This document shows positions 1-11,960 of a stretch of 64,000 nucleotides of DNA, in pieces. Source of the stretch: Corallochytrium limacisporum Hawaii (Eukaryota > Protista > Pluriformea); the NCBI GenBank assembly GCA_002811645.1, contig PDIP01000126.1:41226-105225 (forward strand). Reading direction: 5' to 3'. Position numbers and translations under genes: made by a program. Position 1 is the first letter of the stretch. The number at the start of each line of letters is the position of its first letter. Below the pieces are notes generated by a model. It was not told where the DNA came from. It searched no databases and worked only from the letters and a program-made list of their open reading frames with translations.

Positions 1-3000
1 ATCATGATTAAAAAGAGTGATCGGGGTTCTCGTTTTCGTGCGATTTGTCTCATACTTAGGAGACAGAGGGTGGTACAACATAGTGCAACTCACAGTGATA
101 GTATGACCGACTGTGGACAATGATTCGGTGGACGCCGTTGGCTGACAGCTGTCCTCGAAACCCGTATCTATACGCTCGTAAGGTGCAAAATTGCCACCAT
201 CCTCATCGTCATCATCATACTACGACTACCATCTTTCTACGTACTTCGCACCAAGAGGTCCACTCCGCGTGCTACGAGTATGCCAGGAATCTACTCTCTC
301 CACCTGTCCCTTGTGAACTCCGTTCTGTGCAATTCGCTGGACTGTCTGGCAATAGATGGAACGTGATGGACACATTGATTTAATGTTCAGTTTCAAGTCC
401 CGCCGGAAGTTGGGTATCGACGGCAAAATAGCGCGGATGTGATACACGCAAGGAGAGGATGGGTTGGGTTTTCCCGTGGTCGAAGGATAGGCCCACTCGT
501 GATTGAGGGACACAAATGTTGAGGCTTGGTGATGAGTGTGTGTCAGGTGGACCCCTCCTACTATCTCCGGTTGCCACATCTATCTTCTTCTTGCGCTTCT
601 GTGGAGAACCATGGGTTAAGGAAAGACGGAGACAAGTACAGCAAGTATGCGTTCATACACTCATGGTTTAATTGCAGAATCAGACCACCTCCCTGTACAA
701 TGGCGTCCACGGGGGGTATTCTGTACCTTTAGCGAATGAATGTGGGGTTGCGTGTATTCTTGCGTGCGAGGTGTTGTGTGGCCCCTCCGATGGGTTCAGT
801 TTGATGGCTGCATGAAGATGAGATGTCGATGTCGCTGGCAAGATGATTTTGTGTGTGTGTGTTGTGTGTGTGAAGAGCGTGTGAGCTTCCGGTATATGAT
901 TTTAGTTTCGCTATTTTGCCGTTGACTGTTTGTTGACATACACTTATCGCCGACATGGAAACAAAGGACTGTTCCGACAGTTTTTTTCGTTAAGTTGTGA
1001 CACAATGCCCTTCACCAAGAAAACAGGAGTCCCGAATTTCCATCTGCTTTGGATCACCGCCGGCACCGCCACCGCCACAACATATTACGCAGTCCGCAAG
1101 ATGGACAAAAAGTCGGGTCCCCGCTCACCAATCTCCTCCTCCCCAAGACAAAAAGGAGTGAGTTCCTCCTTGTTCGGGGAGAAATCTTCTTCATTGTCGT
1201 ACAATGCATCCTATCGTTTGTTGAGTGGTAGATTGTGCAAGGTTCATGGTGGCTGGCTTGGGGGGCCCACCGCTCCTCTTTTTTTTCCTAAATCCTGAGA
1301 CTTTAGCCATCTGTGGCCCGGTCAGAAATCCTAAACCACGGGGCCCCACCGTACCCACAGAGTAAGCGGCGGATCGAGGGAGACCCAACCCGCCCCCCCC
1401 CCTCCCCAACCCGCGCGGGGGGTGGGGGGTCAATGGCGTGGTAGTCAAGAGGCGGTGCGCGTTTGGAAGTGGGGAACTGCGCGTAGATTTTGCGTAATGT
1501 TGAAGCGGGATAAAGTAACAGTGGCGGTAGTGCGGTTGTGTGATACGATGAACACCGATGGTATTACCCATCATCGCATCCAATAGGCCTTGCTTTCTCA
1601 CACGAGAAGACGGTCCGACCCGGTCAGCATGCTGGAATCCCACCGTGCATGTCCATCTGCAAAAATATCCTAGGGGACCCTTGTGGAGATAAACTCACGG
1701 ATGAAGTCCTTGGATGTCGATTACGGCGTAACCATCATATCTTATCGTACCTACAGTCCTTGATGACGAGTGAATTCATCATCATCATCACGTAGGTCGG
1801 GCGAGCGCTTAGGAGACAAGTACTCGGACCGTCTGTGTGACCATCATTGCCCGACGAGTTCCCTCGAAAGACCGGAGCCTTTGCCAATCCCACTGAGAGC
1901 AATCACACGCTGAGTGTGGTAACTATACAATGTCCAGACCACTACTGCCAAATGTCGAATGACAGAGTAATAATCATCTGCGATGCTCCGGTCGTCCCAA
2001 CCACACAGCGGTGTCGTTGCTGCCACTAGCACTGAGCCCGGTGGACCTCGTGGTTTCATACAAAACCTGCGGAGCCAGGACCTCGGTGGTCAGAACTGAA
2101 AGTACGTGCATGAACGAAAGCTATGCCAACCGAACTGAACAACTCTTTTCTCGCGAAGATCTACCCACTTCCCCGGTCCATGTCGCCAACCGATTCAAAT
2201 CCCCGCATGAACCATGGGTGTATGGCCCCGACCCGTCCATCACTCAACAAAAACTTAAATGTCCACATTGCGCACTGATAGAAACTGTGGATACCAATCA
2301 AACGCGCGTCGACACTTTTGATAGCCAATATATGCGATCTATTAAGGACAGTTGTCCCCTCCCCCTTTCCCTCCAAGCAATTTTGAACCCCATTGCGGGC
2401 TAGGGAATACAAAGACCATGCGGGTGCGCTGTGGCGGGAGAAAAAAAAAAACAAGAAAATCCCTTTTCCCCTGGTTTTGACCCGGCAGACACCGACACAG
2501 CTTGCTCTGAGTATTTCGAAATGGCACAATTGGCGAAGAAAAAGGCCGGCGGAGGGAGGAAGTATTGCATGAGGGAGTGAGTACATACACCATCGATCAA
2601 ATGAAGAATTATAACAAAAGCAAAAAAAAAAAATCCCTCCCTCTCTCTCTTCTCCCGCCACCTCAGGTTCAAGGGGGGGACACTTGGGAGTCAAGAAAGA
2701 AAGTTCGAGGGTGGGCAAACCAAAACTCGACCGACCCACCTAAGAGAGGGTGAGTCTGGTGCTTTGGGAGGGGAGGGAGGGAGGGGGGGTTTCTCTGGTA
2801 CAGCTGGCTGTGGTCCAACTCGGAACCAAGACGATGACAGGGTATTTACATTCGCCTTATGATACAACAGAGGCAAACATTCGCTTGTACATTGACGTTG
2901 GACTTCTAGATCTGCAAATTATGCTTGCGACCCCTTCACTCCGTGGAGATTAAAAATCAACCAGTATCCGTGAACCATGGCAGCAAGCATCAACACTCCA

Positions 3001-3240
3001 CCCTGTCTCAACAGAATGTTGTTTTGATGTCACACCATGCATGATGCCGGAAAAGCTGGCAGTCAGTTTCTCACAAACAAAACAATCCCAGGATTGCACG
3101 AGCGCTCAGAAAATTGCACACTCCTCTCCACCTCGCTAGCACCAAGGTCACCCTCCCTTTCTATATTAAATATACCTATAAACCTCTCCTCGTACCCTCT
3201 CGCTCTGCACCCCCTCGTCCACCTATCCCTCGCTCGGGCT

Positions 3241-3308
3241 GTCTCTCTCTCTCTCTCTCTCTCTATGTGCATCGGTCTGCCTGTCGGTCTGTCTCTCAGT
3301 CTCCCTCG

Positions 3309-3338
<30 letters not shown>
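3241..3338. repeat. (CT)n microsatellite cluster
   Basis: Two long ctctct runs with interruptions. Confidence 0.92.
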
Positions 3339-3339
<1 letters not shown>

Positions 3340-3730
3340 CCCCATTCTCAGTATTGTGTGCTGCAAACCGGGTCCCCGGTGCGTCCTCTTCAGCATTGCA
3401 CAGAATCAACTCTTTGTCAAATGTGCGTGCTTCATTCTTGCCTCTTATTTTGTTTTTCATATACGAACTCAAAACACAAACAAAAACAAAAAGCCTATAC
3501 ATCCCCGCCTCCCTCCCACCCATGACGGTGCGCGAGGGTATTATTCGCGCACCCGGCCTCGCGTGGGTGTGTGTAACTGTGAGTGTAGGGTGATTAAGAC
3601 GGTTCCCAATGGGCCGGCCTGGTGGGGCCTGCAATGTGATCGTGTTGGCCCGGCGCACCACTAGGTGTGTCCCGCGCATGGCCCTTTGGCTTTTTTTTTC
3701 TTTGCCCGGCCCAAGAGAGAGTGTGGGGGG

Positions 3731-3947
3731 NNNNNNNNNNNNNNNNNNNNNNNNNNNNNNNNNNNNNNNNNNNNNNNNNNNNNNNNNNNNNNNNNNNNNN
3801 NNNNNNNNNNNNNNNNNNNNNNNNNNNNNNNNNNNNNNNNNNNNNNNNNNNNNNNNNNNNNNNNNNNNNNNNNNNNNNNNNNNNNNNNNNNNNNNNNNNN
3901 NNNNNNNNNNNNNNNNNNNNNNNNNNNNNNNNNNNNNNNNNNNNNNN
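3731..3947. other. Assembly gap
   Basis: N run flanked by poly-G on both sides. Confidence 1.
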
Positions 3948-6726
3948 GGGGGGGGGGAATGTAGCCAATTGGTTCCCAAATGCCTGAACGTATCAGAGAG
4001 TTTGTACAAAGGATCCCCCTGAAAACTTTTTTAACCTGGGCAGAGTGAAGAAAATTCTCTTCTCGACGCTACTTTACAACCGCCCCCCCCCTTCTTTTTT
4101 TTTCTCTCTCCCTCTGCCAGTCCCCCTACCAAACCTCCCCTCTCTTTTCTCATGTAACATGAGGCGAACGGGGAACTCACAGTGCCGCGAATGACGTTCC
4201 GAACTGAACCCTCTCGCCTGGGCCAATGGCTGTGGTCTCAGATTTTTCTCTCGGTGTAAATTTTCCCCCTTTTTTTCCGCCGAACGCTCGCGGTGACCTC
4301 CTTTTCCCTGCGGTACATTTTCTATACATTTGGCATGCGGAGAGAGTTAGCTGACTGTGTCTACTTACACTGGACAGAGTGGTCCGACTTCGTAGGAGGC
4401 CTTACTTCCCATGCAAAAATGCTTCGAGGATTGCAAAGGCGGGTTTCCTGGCTTATGTTTTTCCTGCGTGAAAGGAGTTCGGCAGTTGGAAACCCGCCGA
4501 GCCCGGTGGTGATACGCTGCCATTCATCGATGTGCGATACCTTTCGGCTAGATTTCTGCATAACAAACGGGTATCAATACATTCGGCCACTACCAATCCA
4601 ATTTGCCATGAATCTGATGATGTGTTGCTTCGGTTTTTGCAACCACTCCTCGCCGCTAGTGCATGTGGGCATGCGGGTATGGCACCTACCCCATGCTGAC
4701 CATCATAACACATCTGCACACTAGTGGCTTGTAAGTGACAAGGGCACCGGAGAGACGAGAGATGTGTTAATGCTGACCCAGGGTGTCCGTGGGATGCGAG
4801 ATGCCCCATCGCCTTGCCTACTATTTCCTCTATGTGTAGGGTGCGTGTGGGGGGATGTGTGTCCATCAATCGTGCCCCGGGAGTGGGGTTGGACCTTTCA
4901 TCTTTTGACTGAAGTGTGTACCCTTTCTCCGTCGCTCTCACTGTCTCTCACCGTCTCGGGCTTTCCGTCGCTCCCTCCCAACCGCGCCTCACTCGCGGTG
5001 TTTCGTCACGCGGACCGCATGCTTACGCACAAATTCATCGCACTAATACTCACTGGGCCACGCAAGGTGTACTCACCGCACCCCCGGCTGTCCGCTGGTA
5101 GGAGTTGCTTTCAACAGGGGCAGTCCAACCCATCACAACACGGGGAGACACTCTCGTATGACTGTGGAGAGGGGAGAAACTATTGCCATTTCCTGTCTCC
5201 CACGGTCGGAAACAGAGGTACATTTAGTATTAATATAAGGCCTGGGACGATGGAGAAATGCGGAGTCAGTATGGCTTTCGGCCGTCCTTTGCCTTCCTCC
5301 GCTGTCGTGTCGCTCAACGTAAGCAGATGCTTCTCCACTTTGCCTCACGTTGAACGGGGACTTTTTACAGTGTCTCCCACTCTCTACAGGAGAAACTCAG
5401 TACATTTGATATGCCGAAGGGATACTCTGGGAGCAAGAATCCGTCGGATAACGTATGGCATGTTTGGACAAATAGATTTCAGTGAGATTAGAGAATTTTC
5501 GGGAGAAGACGGGAAACTCGTGGATGGGACGATTTGTGGACACATCCTAACCCAGGTGTCTCTCCACCAGCCACAAAACGGTGTGAGAAGGCTCAAGATG
5601 AGCATCATACTAAGCCTCTCAATACAATGTCGTAAAACATTGTAAGATATCGTATTGGGAGGAGCAGGTACGATCCCGGTAGCCATCCAAAGCCTTCTTC
5701 CCCAGCAAGAATATGCTCCTCGTTCATGGAGGATTAATGTCTACTGGGAACACTAAGAAGAGGGCGGGCGGCACAAGGGACTCGGTAACAGGAGTCGGAG
5801 GAGGAGAGGCCCCCCCTCCCCCCCCCCGGGGCCCCGCGGGCGGGGTCGGGCTTTCAAACACATGCGCTTTAAAAACGAAAAGGGCATCGCGAAACCACGA
5901 ACACCTGAGTCTACCGTTGGTATTGTTCAAGTTAATGATAAATCAATTATCGAGTCTATTGGGCCCAGTTGGTAGTGGTAGATTTTGCAATTGCTTATGT
6001 ACATGAACAAAAGCCATCGGTGTAAAAGAAGGAGGCCGGCTCGTGGTCATCAAAGCTCATTATGACAGGTGAGGGTGTCGGCGGCCGTGTCTCATGCGAT
6101 AGTTTTGAAGTTCCGAGCGGAAGGAAACAACAACACTGAGCCATTAAGTATGTGAGTCTTTAATGTTTGTTTGATTAACAGATGCTGATGGAGATGATAC
6201 AGCAGGTGACGAAGATGACAAATAATGGAGACAACACAAGGCGATTGGGTGTCTTGGGGCTTTCAGTGGTGGAGAGGAGGACAAAGACTGGGGCCCCTCC
6301 TCCCCCCACCCCTTCCCGCCCGCGGGAGGGGGAAAAGGACACGAGTAGGGGTAACCTGGGCCTGGGAGGAGAGGGGGGGAAAGGGGGCTAAAAGTTGCGA
6401 GACGACTTGTGTCAGTAAAGCGGGCTACCATAGCGAATGGCCCTGCTCATCCTATCGACGACGGCGAGTTTTCTAGCGCTTCTCAAAACCTCGTGGATGT
6501 CGTACGGAGTGCGTTCATTGTTGTCTGTTTACAATTGTTAGATGAATACACAGTCGGGGATGACGAGTCTGGGAAGACGGATCCACCTATTTAAGAGGAT
6601 CGGCTGCAGCAATCAAAAACTCGCTTCGTAGTAAATCATCAAAGCATTGAACACCTGTTCTGGTATTCAATAAGTTTGTACTGCTCGTGTGTTAACCCTT
6701 ATCACTCACGCATATAATTCTCAAAC

Positions 6727-8202
6727 ATGCAACGTCCTTCTATGTCTGAGTCCCACTGCGACGTGGTCAGTGACGTTGTCGCCCCTTCTGTAAAGGGCGA
6801 CGATGTCGAAGTCACTCACTTCGCCCCTCGTGCCACTCCCTGGTACCGCCGCAAGGCTCTTCTGGCTGCTCTAGTTGCTGGTCTGGCTGTAATTGCCCTG
6901 GTCATCGGTCTTGCTGTTGGTCTGACCTCCGGTGGACACTCCAGCTCTGGTTCAAAGACCGCCTCTACCACTGCTTCCTCTGCTCCCGTTAGTGCCGAAT
7001 CATTTGTCGAAGGCTCAAGTTGCCTCCCGAACGAGTACACTCTATCAACCTCTGGTACTGAATGCTGGTATGACAGTTCTAGCACGGACTGTGCCTCTTG
7101 CGCTGAGGGTAGCTGCCAGTGCTCAGAGGGAATGGGATCCGTGTGCGTTCCATGCGGCCAATCCGAAATGTGCCCGAGCACGGATCCGTGCGGTAACGGT
7201 GGCGGTTGCACTCTGAACGAGTACACCCTGGTATCCTCCGGTCATGAATGCTATTATGACTCGGATAGCACTGATTGTGCTCTCTGCGCTGCGGGTAGCT
7301 GCCAGTGCGGACCTGGCAAGGGATCCGTGTGCGTTCCCTGCGGATCCGATATGTGCGAGAGTGAGGTGCCGTGCAACTCTACCACAACCAGCCACACCAC
7401 CACCAGTGGCGGCGGCAATCCCACCATCAATAACTATGTTATCCAGATCACTGGTGACAAAGAGACGATGGTCAACAATGCTGCCGCCTCGGATGTCGAC
7501 CTGGTTGTCACATACTGTGCCATTGGTGATGAGTGGCTTGATTCGGCCACCGTCGCCAAGATTAAGTCTAACGACAAGCTTGCTATTTGCTACGTGTCCG
7601 TTGGTGAGGCCGCCGATTGGTACTGGTATAACTTGTCCGAACAGCCCACCCACTACCAAGACAACAAGTACTACACCAAGTTCTGGGAGTCTGAATGGCA
7701 GTCCACTATGAATCAGTGGGTTGCCACGGCCATGGACAACGGTTGGGACGGCGTCTGGATCGACACCGTTGAGACCTACAAGACAGCAGTTAGTGAAGGC
7801 TGGGCTGGTATGACCTTGGAAGAGTCCGCAAATACGATGATTGATGTCATCGAATCCATGTACGATACAGCTGTGGATCACTATAAGGGCAGCCACGGCA
7901 AGCCCTACCTTGCTCCCAACTTTGGCATCGACATCACACAATATTGCGATTCCGCACATGCCAGTACGTACCGCAACATCATCTCTGCCGTCGGTGCTGA
8001 GTCTACCTTCTACCCAAACGAACAAACTGGAAACGAAGCAGACCTTCAGGACTACTACGTGGGCCAGGGTATCACGGTTCTGTCCATCGAGTACAACGTC
8101 CCGGACAAATCCAGCTATCAAGCATTGTGCGACAAGTACAACTATGTCTCCTATGCCACGATCCCGGCCCTCAACGAATGGTCCCCACCTGGTCGTTATT
8201 AA
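6727..8202 (+). CDS. Type II membrane-anchored glycoside hydrolase, GH114-like (TM1410/MJ1477-type TIM barrel; putative endo-alpha-1,4-polygalactosaminidase), with two Cys-rich repeats
   Basis: 491-aa ORF with strong C-ending codon bias. Order of parts: RRK then TM helix (ALLAALVAGLAVIALVIGLAVGL), S/T linker, two Cys repeats, Thr linker, catalytic domain. The domain has AICYVSVGEAADW, YYTKFWESEWQ, GWDGVWIDTVETY, SAVGAESTFY and VLSIEY, which parallel motifs of the TM1410/GH114/PelA-like family. Confidence 0.8.
   Translation: MQRPSMSESHCDVVSDVVAPSVKGDDVEVTHFAPRATPWYRRKALLAALVAGLAVIALVIGLAVGLTSGGHSSSGSKTASTTASSAPVSAESFVEGSSCLPNEYTLSTSGTECWYDSSSTDCASCAEGSCQCSEGMGSVCVPCGQSEMCPSTDPCGNGGGCTLNEYTLVSSGHECYYDSDSTDCALCAAGSCQCGPGKGSVCVPCGSDMCESEVPCNSTTTSHTTTSGGGNPTINNYVIQITGDKETMVNNAAASDVDLVVTYCAIGDEWLDSATVAKIKSNDKLAICYVSVGEAADWYWYNLSEQPTHYQDNKYYTKFWESEWQSTMNQWVATAMDNGWDGVWIDTVETYKTAVSEGWAGMTLEESANTMIDVIESMYDTAVDHYKGSHGKPYLAPNFGIDITQYCDSAHASTYRNIISAVGAESTFYPNEQTGNEADLQDYYVGQGITVLSIEYNVPDKSSYQALCDKYNYVSYATIPALNEWSPPGRY
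7021..7356 (+). repeat. Two tandem Cys-rich protein repeats (period 186 nt, 62 aa) inside the glycoside hydrolase
   Basis: CLPNEYTLSTSGTECWYDSSSTDCASCAEGSCQCSEGMGSVCVPCGQSEMC at 7021 aligns with CTLNEYTLVSSGHECYYDSDSTDCALCAAGSCQCGPGKGSVCVPCGSDMC at 7207. Nine Cys are conserved, and DNA blocks such as ggatccgtgtgcgttcc and ggtagctgccagtgc are shared. Confidence 0.95.
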
Positions 8203-8507
8203 GTGGTTGGATCATCCGAATCATTGACAAGGCGCTGGTTCGCTACTCCACGTTCGTCAGAAAGAAATGAGCTTGGTACACAATCGAAGCCCAAGCATAG
8301 TGTATCATTATCATATCATCAGTGGGAGCCCATTTGCTCCCCACGTTCCCCCCTTTGTGTCATGGGCTGGCTACCATGAGCATCGCGGGTTCAAGACACA
8401 GTGGAGCCCTTCTTGCTCTATTGTTTGATCACTTGTACTATTTTCCAAACAACACCCCCCCCCCGGGGGGATCCGCAGGCCTCCCCTTTTATCCGTGGAT
8501 GGCTGTC

Positions 8508-8723
8508 NNNNNNNNNNNNNNNNNNNNNNNNNNNNNNNNNNNNNNNNNNNNNNNNNNNNNNNNNNNNNNNNNNNNNNNNNNNNNNNNNNNNNNNNNNNNN
8601 NNNNNNNNNNNNNNNNNNNNNNNNNNNNNNNNNNNNNNNNNNNNNNNNNNNNNNNNNNNNNNNNNNNNNNNNNNNNNNNNNNNNNNNNNNNNNNNNNNNN
8701 NNNNNNNNNNNNNNNNNNNNNNN
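8508..8723. other. Assembly gap
   Basis: N run with a C10G6 tract upstream and poly-C downstream. Confidence 1.
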
Positions 8724-11046
8724 CCCCCCAACCCCACCAAACATCAACCAACCAACTATTGTTTCTATATGTATTCCATTTCATCTCGCTTAGTCAAACT
8801 TCCTAGTCCGGGAGTAGACCTCAGTCAATAGAACTAGTAGAGTAGGGAACTGGGCCAGAATTCGCGGCAGGTACGCGGCCATTCATGATCCACCAACCAA
8901 CAGATCCGTCTTCTTGAGTTTTTAAGTCCTATATCCCTTTCGCGGTGAATCCGGTAGTATTGGCATGAGCCCGGCCTGAGTGCGCTCTTTGTGTGTGTCT
9001 GTGGCCACCACTCAAAATGGCCTCTCTACTCCTCACACCCACTCCCGCCCTCTGAACCCATTGCTCCAAGTTCTCCAAGGAGATGAGGCCCACCGGCCTC
9101 AGCATCAAGGCTCTTCCGTACTTGGGTACCCTTGCCGAACAACAATGATCGCAAGGGTGCAGTCGCCGGCTGCTTCTCCGGCTCAAGCGGACCATGGCTA
9201 CGTCACTGCAACGAATCTGGGATTATCGTAGACAACGTGAATACAGTACATACGCTGCTTCGGGACTTGTCGTCAGTTGCTGTTCCCGTAACCTCTCCTA
9301 CACACGCATACTCACACCACACATGCAGATGAGGAACGGGGAGGTGGTGGTAGTGGTACCGCAGGGTCGGGCACGGCGCACAGACGAAGGAAACTTGAAG
9401 AAAAAAAAAAGGAAGGGGGGGGCGAGTCTCTCCCCCAACAGATTTGGCCACGTGTTCAAAGGCGGACAAAACGTTCTGACCGTCTCCTTTCGGTCGAAAA
9501 CTTGATGTGTGTCTGTGTAAACTGGCCCTATGTACACTATTGTACAGTGCGCCCGAGATGGTGCTGTACCAAGTCAGTAGGGGGGCATTCTACAGAGGCA
9601 AAGGCTTCCGACCAACTGAAAAAAATTGTGAAAAAAAAAAAGGGGGGGGGCCGGCGCCGCGCACATGAACTCTCCCGTAATGGCAACTGGGCCCACTGCG
9701 AAGGCCCTGAAAGACTGCTTTCCCGAGTGAGGTGGTTCTGCCTCTTCTCTCTTGGGCCTCTTTTTTTATTATTGCCTGCGGGGCCGAAATAACTTCCTCT
9801 GTCTCCTCGGTAATTCGCTTAATTTCAGGTTCATTTATTTGGAAAAAGGTACCTTCAAGTGCAGTAATGACGGGTTCAGTCTGGTTGAGACGGACAGTTT
9901 GCAGAGTGGGGGAAAAACATAAATAACTGGCTCTTCCGTGCGACTGTAATAGGGGATCAGTTTTAGAAACAACTGGTTTTACGGGGCGTTGCGTAGAATC
10001 AGAAACTTAAATCACTCGCCATTTCCCCTTCTTCAATTACTGATCAAAATATTGTTTGATTGGATTTCTCTGACCCGAACCAACGTATAATTTGAATACA
10101 CCTCGATCAACAACTGGTTCGGCGAGAGCATCAGATTTGTACGTCCGTGAATCAAGGTTTGGCGATGCCCATTTCAAAAAGCGACTCCCGTGGACAACAT
10201 GGGTAAGACACCATTAAATTTCTCACGGGACTTTTTGGGTGCGCAGCCGCTAGCCATCGACGAGGTTGAAAACTGGCAACACCCAGGAAAGGGAAGAGTG
10301 AACAGAGCCGAGACGAGAACCCGACCACGCCAGAGAAATGGCAGTTGAATCTAAAGCGAACAAGAGCCCTCAAGGGAACTGGGACTCTGGGCCCCTCTTG
10401 GCGAACCCGCTTCTTCATCCCGTCACCGGAGAGATCCACGACCCGCATTGGGTTTGCATACAGGGGGGGGAGGGATCTGCCTTGCTCAGTGGTGCCCGTT
10501 CGGACGAGGAGCCAAGATCCAGGCATGCCTCCGTGAATGGTTTGGGTCCGAAATTAGGAATGAACGGGTAGAATGAGGGGCCCTCCGTGGGATGGCAAGT
10601 GCGACATCGTCACTACAGACGCTTACCATATCTGGGCAACCGCTCACAATGCAGGTCTGTTTCGGACAGCGGGTGAGCTAAGACTGCGCAAGAATGAAAC
10701 CGACGAAGAGAGAGTTCGGATCTGCGCAGGTTTCTGAGCACAGATGAGACCTGCGGGAAAGTGCCAAGCGCTGGAGCGGGATTGGTTGGTACTTCTCTAC
10801 CATGTACGCGATTGCGCCGAATTACACCTCGAGGGTATTTGCGAAATTCGATATCAAGCCACCCTAGGAGCTGAAAGATAGAGAGCCGTACAGACGTCAA
10901 CTTTTTGGCTTTCGGAAATTAATCAACTCTCTGAAAGCAGTGGCAATAACGAAAAGCTCTTTAACAAACCCAACAAAGTCGAAAACAACAAGAAAGATCT
11001 GCTCAGCGAACCGAACATGCGAGTCCTTTGAACCGAACGAATAGAC

Positions 11047-11616
11047 ATGGGCACGAAACCCAAAACATTCGCCAGTAAGACTCTGCAAAAGTTCCAGCCT
11101 ACACGGGAACAAAGCAATGCTGTGTACTTTTGGGGCAAAAAGGATGAAGCTTACGCAGCGTTCAGCAACTTTTACCGCAGCGCATCCTTCCGATTCACGG
11201 TGGATGATTTCGAGTACGATTGCACTGAGCGCTTCTTCATGATGAAGAAGGCGGCATTCTTTGGGGACGATGAAATCTTGCAGGCTATGAAGGATCCTCG
11301 GCTCGCACCACTCCAAGTGAAGCGGCTGGGACGGAAGGTGCAGCATTTTGATGTTGACCGGTGGTCGGAGGCAAGCTATGGCTTTATGGTCGATGGTTTG
11401 TACCACAAATTCGGGCAGAACGAGGACCTGAGGGTTCTGCTGCTCGATACTGGAGATCGGTTGATCGTCGAGGCCTCGCCTTTTGACAAACTCTGGGGCA
11501 TTGGTCTCGGTAAGAACAAGGCCCTGCGGCGTCCCATAGAGGAATGGCCGGGGAAGAACTTGCTTGGCAAGGCCCTGATGGAAGTCCGGGAGAAGATCAG
11601 GGGTGATCAGGACTAA
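11047..11616 (+). CDS. NADAR family (YbiA/RibX-like) N-glycosidase
   Basis: Family motifs FSNFY, TERFFMMKKAAFFGD, KRLGRKV.FD...W, KFGQNEDLR.LL.TGDR.IVEASPFDKLWGIG and GKNLLGKALMEVRE. Confidence 0.92.
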   Translation: MGTKPKTFASKTLQKFQPTREQSNAVYFWGKKDEAYAAFSNFYRSASFRFTVDDFEYDCTERFFMMKKAAFFGDDEILQAMKDPRLAPLQVKRLGRKVQHFDVDRWSEASYGFMVDGLYHKFGQNEDLRVLLLDTGDRLIVEASPFDKLWGIGLGKNKALRRPIEEWPGKNLLGKALMEVREKIRGDQD

Positions 11617-11960
11617 TCGACGACATCAACAACAAACGAAAAAAAACTTGGGATACCAAAAAAAAAACACATTTGTACCGAACGATTATCACCTTGGTGC
11701 TTTTGCAATCATTTGTCATGCACAGCTGTGACATCCGCAGGGATTTGCCCCGTTGGAATGCATAGCTTGTTTTCAACCCGTATTAAAAACATCCGTCATC
11801 ATGTCCCCTAACCAGCGTAAGCAGTGTCCAGCCTTGTCCACAAACTAGATTCACCAAATGGAAATACTGGGCCGGCGGCCCTTGCTGAGAGGCATATGTT
11901 GCAACTGCCACATCCATGCCGTCGTCGGATGTGAGAGCGACTTTGATCAATTCAATCTTG

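Noticed and set aside
4764-5645. 293-aa ORF
   Set aside because: Non-ATG start, includes microsatellite-derived sequence, no codon bias and no recognisable domain.
7123-8121. 332-aa ORF antisense to the glycoside hydrolase
   Set aside because: Shadow ORF in register with the sense codons; no motifs.
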